A DNA stretch of 22,557 nucleotides, taken from positions 1 through 22,557 of IMG/VR virus record IMGVR_UViG_3300011268_000517, one strand, 5' to 3'. Positions 16,948-22,557 of the stretch are shown one piece after another. Position 1 is the stretch's first letter. Every line of letters begins with the position of its first letter. This DNA comes from a virus. A program made the position numbers and the translations under genes. The notes under the pieces are model-generated. The model saw only the letters and a program-made list of their open reading frames with translations, ran no database searches and had not been told where the DNA came from.

Positions 16948-17349
16948 TTATTTGCAAGTGCAGTCACAAGCGCAGTTACATGCGCAGTTACAGTTACATG
17001 CGCAGTTACAGTTACAGTTTGTGCGATACCATCTAAACAAAGCCATCGTTGGCGTTCCGTCTTGTGTATCTGGGCGAATACCATCTGTTGATGTTTGTGC
17101 ACCTTGACCAGTGTTACGGAAAATGTCAATACGGTAGTCTGTTGTTACCACGTTCAAAGCATTATCAGCAGCATCACAGTTACCGCAGTTACAGTTACAT
17201 GCGCTATTACATGCGTTACATGCGCAGTTCCATCCACAGTTACCGTTGCCTTCAGTAAATGTTCTGTTGTAATAACCTCCATAACCCCACAGCACACCGT
17301 TCAGGTCGGTGCCGCCAGAAATTCTAAATCCTGTTGCAGCGATTCCCAT
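16948..17349 (-). CDS. Cys/Asn-rich protein (19 Cys in two CxC ladders); candidate radical SAM substrate or fibre-tip protein
   Basis: GGAG SD; starts 1 nt after the fibre stop. Cys blocks are NCGWNCACNACNSACNCNCGNC (8 Cys) and NCNCNCACNCNCACNCACDCTCK (11 Cys). Confidence 0.85.
   Translation of the reverse strand: MGIAATGFRISGGTDLNGVLWGYGGYYNRTFTEGNGNCGWNCACNACNSACNCNCGNCDAADNALNVVTTDYRIDIFRNTGQGAQTSTDGIRPDTQDGTPTMALFRWYRTNCNCNCACNCNCACNCACDCTCK
16970..17017. repeat. Short tandem repeats (cagtta / gcgcagttacagttacat units) encoding the C-terminal Cys ladder
   Basis: gcgcagttacat, gcgcagttacagttacat and gcgcagttacagttacag in tandem. The 21 nt at 16983-17003 recur identically at 17184-17204. 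Confidence 0.85.
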
Positions 17350-17350
17350 T

Positions 17351-18544
17351 TTATTTCTCCAGTTTTTCTAGACGAGCATTTAGCTCGTTAATAGTATTTT
17401 GTTGTTCTTTGATAGCTTCGATGAGTAAACCGACAATGTTACCGTAAGCAACATTCTTAAACCCATCTTGACCTTCGCTAACTACTTGAGGAAGATGTTC
17501 TTCAACTTCCTGGGCAATAACGCCAATTTCAGCTTTACCATTCTTGATGTAAGAAACACCACGAAGGGAATTAACAACATCTACTGCATTATTTATTGTT
17601 TGAATTTCTTGCTTGAGTCTTGCATCTGAAGATGTATTGACTGTTGCGCCTGTGATATTACCAGAAGCAGTTAAGTTAACGAAAGAGTTGGTAGTGCCAG
17701 CAAATGTGTTGTTGCCAGCTAAAGAAGGAACGTCAGCACCGCAGTCGAGTGTTGGGTTTCCATCCGCACCAGTAGCGTTAGTTATTACGATTCTATTAGC
17801 GGTTCCAACGATACTTCTAACAACAGTTGTTGAATCACCATTCTTGGTGATAAACCCTCTGCTAGCTGCAGATAAGCCAGAAATAGAAGTAAGTTTAGAG
17901 TCAAATGGTTGAACGTCTGATCCAATAACTACACCTAAGGTAGAGCGAGCAGCCGCTGCGTCAGCATCGTCAATTAGAGAACGACCATATGCAGAAAGAG
18001 TAGTAGTTGTGGCAGTACCAGCACCAGTAAAGTATGGTAATGCATTCGCTGCAGATGTAACTGTCGCTAGGGCAGCTAGTTCGGCATCATACGCTTGAAC
18101 GTCTGTGCCGATAACCAAACCTAGAGTATTACGTGCACCTGCTGCAGTAGTCGCACCAGTACCACCAGAACCAATACCCAAGGAAGTGGTTAATGTGATA
18201 GAACCGCTAGTTATAGCAGCTACGCCAGAGAATGTGCCAGAAAACGATGCAGCAGTGATATTATTAGCTGCAAAATTACCAGAAGCATCACGACGAACAA
18301 TAGTGTTAACCGTATTAGCAGTATCCTGCGACCAGCCATCTAGTAAGTCAGCATCCAACCCAGAACCAGCACCGTCGACAGTTTTAATTTTGTTTAAAAC
18401 ATCGGCTGCAGTGTAGGCAGCTGCAGTTAAGCCTGTCTGTATTGCATTACTAATATTAGTAAAATTAGCATCAACTTCGGCGTTCGTTAATGGACTACCT
18501 TTGGTAGCTCTTAACGTAATTGAAGGTGCTGAAATGTTTGACAT
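17351..18544 (-). CDS. Tail fibre with a C-terminal intramolecular chaperone (peptidase S74)
   Basis: N-terminal LRATKGSPLTNAEVDANF; DGAGSGLDADLLDG; GGTGATTAAGAR..LGL; SSDARLKQEI...IGVIAQEVE...VAYGNIVGLLIEAIKE. Confidence 0.9.
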   Translation of the reverse strand: MSNISAPSITLRATKGSPLTNAEVDANFTNISNAIQTGLTAAAYTAADVLNKIKTVDGAGSGLDADLLDGWSQDTANTVNTIVRRDASGNFAANNITAASFSGTFSGVAAITSGSITLTTSLGIGSGGTGATTAAGARNTLGLVIGTDVQAYDAELAALATVTSAANALPYFTGAGTATTTTLSAYGRSLIDDADAAAARSTLGVVIGSDVQPFDSKLTSISGLSAASRGFITKNGDSTTVVRSIVGTANRIVITNATGADGNPTLDCGADVPSLAGNNTFAGTTNSFVNLTASGNITGATVNTSSDARLKQEIQTINNAVDVVNSLRGVSYIKNGKAEIGVIAQEVEEHLPQVVSEGQDGFKNVAYGNIVGLLIEAIKEQQNTINELNARLEKLEK

Positions 18545-18557
18545 TTAGGATCCTTTT

Positions 18558-18782
18558 TCAACCTTTATTGATGAGTTGCAATAGCAAATGTTTGATATCT
18601 TGCAACTCATTCTTTATATTATTTATCTCAGCCGTATGTTGAGAAAGTAAGTTTTCCTGTTCTTGGGCTAACCTTACTCTCTCCATATATTCTTCATATT
18701 CTGTTTTATTCGTGTTGATAATGGCTCCGCTAGAGATTTCTCTAACTAAGCCACTATGTCCCTGAACTTTCAAATATTCCAT
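18558..18782 (-). CDS. Small conserved T4-like hypothetical protein with a coiled-coil C-terminus
   Basis: The likely start is 18782, with a TAATG overlap on the upstream stop. The pattern KV.GH..LVRE..SGAIINT...EI..IK.EL..IK.LL typically follows the large virion protein in T4-like phages. Confidence 0.75.
   Translation of the reverse strand: MEYLKVQGHSGLVREISSGAIINTNKTEYEEYMERVRLAQEQENLLSQHTAEINNIKNELQDIKHLLLQLINKG
18620..18627 (-). promoter_or_regulatory. Candidate late promoter GATAAATA for the fibre / Cys-rich / 328-aa unit
   Basis: tatttatc on +, about 76 nt upstream of the ATG at 18544. It is intragenic, so less certain. Confidence 0.45.
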
Positions 18783-21700
18783 TACGGGCAAGCGATAATT
18801 CTTAAATCTTTGATTAATGGTACAGCGCTGCTGTTTGTAGAACGCATTACGATCTTAACAACAATGCTATCAAACGCAGCCATACCTGTCAGAGTATAGT
18901 TAACGTCGGAGAACGCTGTATTACCTAGTTCTACCTTAGGTAAAGTAGAATCTGGGGTCAACAGTGTATATTTAGTGGTCTGCAATTGCTTGCTATCTCC
19001 AGAGCAAGTTTTGTAATAAACTAGAACGTCGGACTCAGAAGGAATGTTTGCAGCAAATTTTACACGTAGGTATGTAGATGGGTTTGCAAACTTAACTGGG
19101 GCTGTCACGTATTTGCTTAGAGTAGAGCTTCCTTCTGGAGTGATTTCATCGAAGAACTGCTCACGAACCGCAACAGAAGTTCCAGAAGCTGCTGCTTCGC
19201 TAGTTCCGCTGAATCCAGAAAGAGTGATAGTGCCAGTAGAACCATCATCTGTGTATCCAGTAACTAGGAATGTTCCGTTGTTACCTGCTGTTGTAGCAGA
19301 AGCGATAGTCACGTAGCGTCCGATACCGATACCAGCCATAAAACCACGAACTGTAGCGTTTGTAGAAGTGAAACCAGTAGAGTTGAAGTTATACGCACCA
19401 GTTGCACCAGTGAATAGTTGCTTCTGATCTAGGGCAGCAATATTTGTATTAGACTCAGTTGGCCAGTTCAACTTGTTAGAGACTGCAACCAAGCTAGTAC
19501 GAGCAGTATCAATAACTGGAGAAACCGCATCATTGCTAGTAGAAATCTGAGCAGAGAATGTTATAGATTTAGCTCCACCCATAGAGGTGTTCTCGTTAAT
19601 CTCAGAGGCGATAACTCTCGGAGACTGGAACGAATTGTTCTGCTTAACTAAGCAAGGTACAAAGGTTGTTTCTGCAACATATGGTGTCTGAGATCCATCA
19701 ATAGCTTTACCAGAAGTAGTCTTGATAGAGAAGTTAGCCTTGGTGTCAGAGAATGTTTGCATCTGAACAGAAGGATTAATCAGGTCATATGTCACGTTTC
19801 TAGTTGCATAGACTGCAGAGCCACCACCATAACCGCTACCAGTAGCATTGCTGATAGTTGTGAATGTGTAGCTGTTTGCGTCCATAGAGACGATAACCTT
19901 TTCACCATTCAATTCTGCTGCTGGGATACCATTAACTGCAGAAGGAACACCCTTGATGTTTACACGAGAACCTGCATACATACCGTGGGCATAGTGCCAA
20001 ACACGAACAGTGTTAGAACCAGCAACAGTCTGAATAGGGTCTTGTTCGATCTTATCGTATGGTAGGACATCGTTAACAAATTCGATGTTACCGACAACGC
20101 TAGTATCAAACTTAGCACGATAGATGGTGAACTTAATGTCTTGGTTCTGATCTGCAGTCCAAGTAGAAGCGTTCTGAGACTTGAACATCACGCCAGCATA
20201 TGGCTGTTGAGAGATTGTTCTTCCAGAAGTTCCTGGGATTTCATCACCAACTTGAGAGATCCAAACCTGATAATTATTAGAATCAGACTGCAACACAAAA
20301 CAATACTCACCATTGTCTTGAACATAGACTGGAGTCTTAAAGTTGAAGCGAGTTGGAGTATCAAACTTAGGATACTGCGCAGTATCGTCTCCGATAGTCA
20401 CTAGATTAGATGATAGGCTAACTTGTGATGGATCTAGAGTAACACGGCTGAATGGAAGAACGTTTTTACCTGGAGTTCCATTAACCATTTCACGGATTTC
20501 TAGAGTCACTGGAATGCGGTCATCTTTGCTAGCAAAGAAGATGTCTACTCCAGTTAGGAATGCACCACCTTTTTGCTGAACCAAGAATGATTGAGCAAGT
20601 GGATCATACCAACCTGTATCAGAAACAACACGCTCAGAAGTTTGATAGATTGTCTGGCGTGCAGCTGGGTCATCGTTCGGACCAATAACTTCTTTAACGA
20701 TTTCTGCGTTACGAACAGCGTTAATAGTTGATTGTTTAGTTTCTAGAATACCTTCTGCACGATAGATACCACGACCACGACTAGTCCATTGACCAGTAGA
20801 AGTAGAAGCATCGATCAACTTTAATTCACGTGCGCCAGTACGGAAACGAACAGAATCCGTATTTGGGATGTAGAACAAGAAGTTTACAGCACCCTGTTTG
20901 TTTGTAACAAGAGTAGTTGCGGTTGTAACAGAAACTACTGTACCAGTAGCACCAGAGATAGAACCAGTGAATGCTTGTCCATTGACAATCGTTCCAATAA
21001 CATTAACAACATCAAGAACTAGAGCGCCAGTGTCTGGATCGACAGATTTACCAACAACTACAGCAGAACCAGAGTTGTTAGAAGTAGTGATAACATCACC
21101 ACGATTCAAACAGACTTGAGAGTCTCCAGCGATACGACGCTTGACTTCAGAAGAAGAACCACCAACGTTAGTATCTGTGTTAAATGTTCCAGTGCCTGCA
21201 GTGTAAACAATCTTAGTCGCTGGAGTGATGTAAGAGTTAACATCGATGTCATCGAAGTAACCATAGAAACGTGTTTGTGGCTTCAGACCTTTGACCTGAA
21301 CCAATACGTTTCTAGAACGAATGTAAGGGATAACTGCAGTAGAGACTGTACGGTCTGCAACTTGTTCGTAATCTGTCTTAGTTTGAAGAGTAGAACGAAC
21401 ACCAGTGCGAGACTGTCCGATAGCAGTTGCCTGTACTTCAGTTGTAACTACACGAGCAGCCCATCCTGGAGCGTCTGGTCCAAGACCAAAAGCAGCATCC
21501 AAAGCAGCACCGCCATCACCAGAACGACGATCGGCAGAGTACGTGTTGTTTCCAACAGTTACTGGTTTACCGATCCATTCAGTTTCCCATGGGTTCCATA
21601 ATGTACCGAAACCACCCTCACCCACAATACCTGCACGAATCGCCAAATCACGGATCATGCTGTAGTTACCTTCAGTCTGTTGAATGATATCTGGTAAGCG

Positions 21701-22557
21701 ATTAGTCTCGAACCAGTCATCAGAAGGTGGGTTGATTTCTACATTACCTAAGAATGTGTAGATAGCGAATGGGTTGATATTCTCCAAACGAGAAGCATAT
21801 TCTTGTTTGATTAGAACTGGAGTTTCGATGATCGGTAGAGTGATAATATCACCATTCAACTGATACTTAGAAGATGTACGTTGGCTATCGTTAGAGTTCT
21901 TCTCGATCAGGTTGACGTTGTGCATTGTGTAATATGGACGAAGCTGATTGTTCTCCATATCAACAGAGCAGAAGTAATCCACAGACTTAGAGTTACCAAC
22001 GTTGTTACCGCTGAAGTTGTCAACGATAAAACCGTTCTTCATTCTGTCTAGACCCTTAGAGTCAGTAATCTTCAGAGACTGAGTTTCCTGTTCTAGCAGA
22101 GAAAGAGAAGTGTAGTATTCTAGGTTATTGATTCGGTTTTCTAGTTTACCGATATCACGCATCGTATAACGCTTGTTCTCTACTTTAGAAACTGATACAG
22201 AGTTAGTAGAGTAAGTGTATGGTTCTAGAGACAAGCTATACAGCACCATACCCAATGCTGGGTCTTGTGGTTCACCTGGATCGATAGAAGGAACGCCTTT
22301 GATGCTAAAGAACTTACCATTAAAATCAACCGCTACTTTATCCTTACGGGAGAAGTAGTAGCTGTAGTCAGAAGAGATGTTCTCGCCACGCTTAGGAATA
22401 GAAGTTAAAGAGGCTCCTGTTCCGCTGAAACTCTTGACAGAGCCAGAAGACTTGTTAGCTACACGTGGACGGAAGTCTAAAGAATCACGCAATACTGCGG
22501 GAATCTTATTGTAATCGATAGTACTGTAAGAGTTTACGTCAAAGTAATCACCAACGC
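18782..22557 (-). CDS. Large virion structural protein (VrlC / DUF4815-like), 5'-truncated by the window
   Basis: The frame stays open to the window edge (VGDYFDVNSYSTIDYNKIPAVLRDSLDFRP). Motifs NKRYTMRDIGKLE.RI.NLEYYTSLSLLE, DR.KNGF.VDNF, WYDPLAQSF, FKSQNASTWT.DQ..D.KF and C-terminal P.IKDLR.IA. Confidence 0.88.
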   Translation of the reverse strand, partial: VGDYFDVNSYSTIDYNKIPAVLRDSLDFRPRVANKSSGSVKSFSGTGASLTSIPKRGENISSDYSYYFSRKDKVAVDFNGKFFSIKGVPSIDPGEPQDPALGMVLYSLSLEPYTYSTNSVSVSKVENKRYTMRDIGKLENRINNLEYYTSLSLLEQETQSLKITDSKGLDRMKNGFIVDNFSGNNVGNSKSVDYFCSVDMENNQLRPYYTMHNVNLIEKNSNDSQRTSSKYQLNGDIITLPIIETPVLIKQEYASRLENINPFAIYTFLGNVEINPPSDDWFETNRLPDIIQQTEGNYSMIRDLAIRAGIVGEGGFGTLWNPWETEWIGKPVTVGNNTYSADRRSGDGGAALDAAFGLGPDAPGWAARVVTTEVQATAIGQSRTGVRSTLQTKTDYEQVADRTVSTAVIPYIRSRNVLVQVKGLKPQTRFYGYFDDIDVNSYITPATKIVYTAGTGTFNTDTNVGGSSSEVKRRIAGDSQVCLNRGDVITTSNNSGSAVVVGKSVDPDTGALVLDVVNVIGTIVNGQAFTGSISGATGTVVSVTTATTLVTNKQGAVNFLFYIPNTDSVRFRTGARELKLIDASTSTGQWTSRGRGIYRAEGILETKQSTINAVRNAEIVKEVIGPNDDPAARQTIYQTSERVVSDTGWYDPLAQSFLVQQKGGAFLTGVDIFFASKDDRIPVTLEIREMVNGTPGKNVLPFSRVTLDPSQVSLSSNLVTIGDDTAQYPKFDTPTRFNFKTPVYVQDNGEYCFVLQSDSNNYQVWISQVGDEIPGTSGRTISQQPYAGVMFKSQNASTWTADQNQDIKFTIYRAKFDTSVVGNIEFVNDVLPYDKIEQDPIQTVAGSNTVRVWHYAHGMYAGSRVNIKGVPSAVNGIPAAELNGEKVIVSMDANSYTFTTISNATGSGYGGGSAVYATRNVTYDLINPSVQMQTFSDTKANFSIKTTSGKAIDGSQTPYVAETTFVPCLVKQNNSFQSPRVIASEINENTSMGGAKSITFSAQISTSNDAVSPVIDTARTSLVAVSNKLNWPTESNTNIAALDQKQLFTGATGAYNFNSTGFTSTNATVRGFMAGIGIGRYVTIASATTAGNNGTFLVTGYTDDGSTGTITLSGFSGTSEAAASGTSVAVREQFFDEITPEGSSTLSKYVTAPVKFANPSTYLRVKFAANIPSESDVLVYYKTCSGDSKQLQTTKYTLLTPDSTLPKVELGNTAFSDVNYTLTGMAAFDSIVVKIVMRSTNSSAVPLIKDLRIIACP

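Noticed and set aside
16929-17129. Alternate-frame ORF with VTVTAH repeats
   Set aside because: It is an out-of-frame reading of the Cys-ladder repeat. The Cys frame has the SD and the tight operon spacing.
16970-17230. Repeats considered as a CRISPR array or a DGR template/variable pair
   Set aside because: There are no unique spacers, no adenine-specific mismatch pattern and no reverse transcriptase in the window. The Mtd_N-like domain at 6308 alone does not imply a DGR.
22490-22492. ORF-track start of the 1236-aa protein
   Set aside because: The frame remains open to the window edge, so the real start lies upstream.

Overview
This window is part of the virion morphogenesis region of a T4-like myovirus, encoded mostly on the minus strand. 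Read in transcription order (right to left) it contains: a large VrlC/DUF4815-like virion protein (partial), a small coiled-coil protein, an S74-chaperoned fibre, an accessory island of about 7.3 kb, a chain of five fibre/adaptor genes, neck gp13 and gp14, tail terminator gp15, and the start of terminase gp17. No gp16 lies between gp15 and gp17. The island (10042-17349) is the most interesting part. It holds a 133-aa protein with 19 Cys in (N/A)C ladders directly behind the fibre gene, a 328-aa unknown, a radical SAM/SPASM enzyme, two intact and one degenerate 2OG-Fe(II) oxygenase-like proteins, two tandem membrane fatty-acid desaturases and a possible GNAT-fold protein. Every transcription unit in the island has a T4-type late-promoter motif (TAAATA core) upstream. 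My inference, untested, is a phage-encoded RiPP-like system that post-translationally modifies a Cys-rich tail-fibre tip protein. All family calls come from motif recognition by eye; no searches were run.
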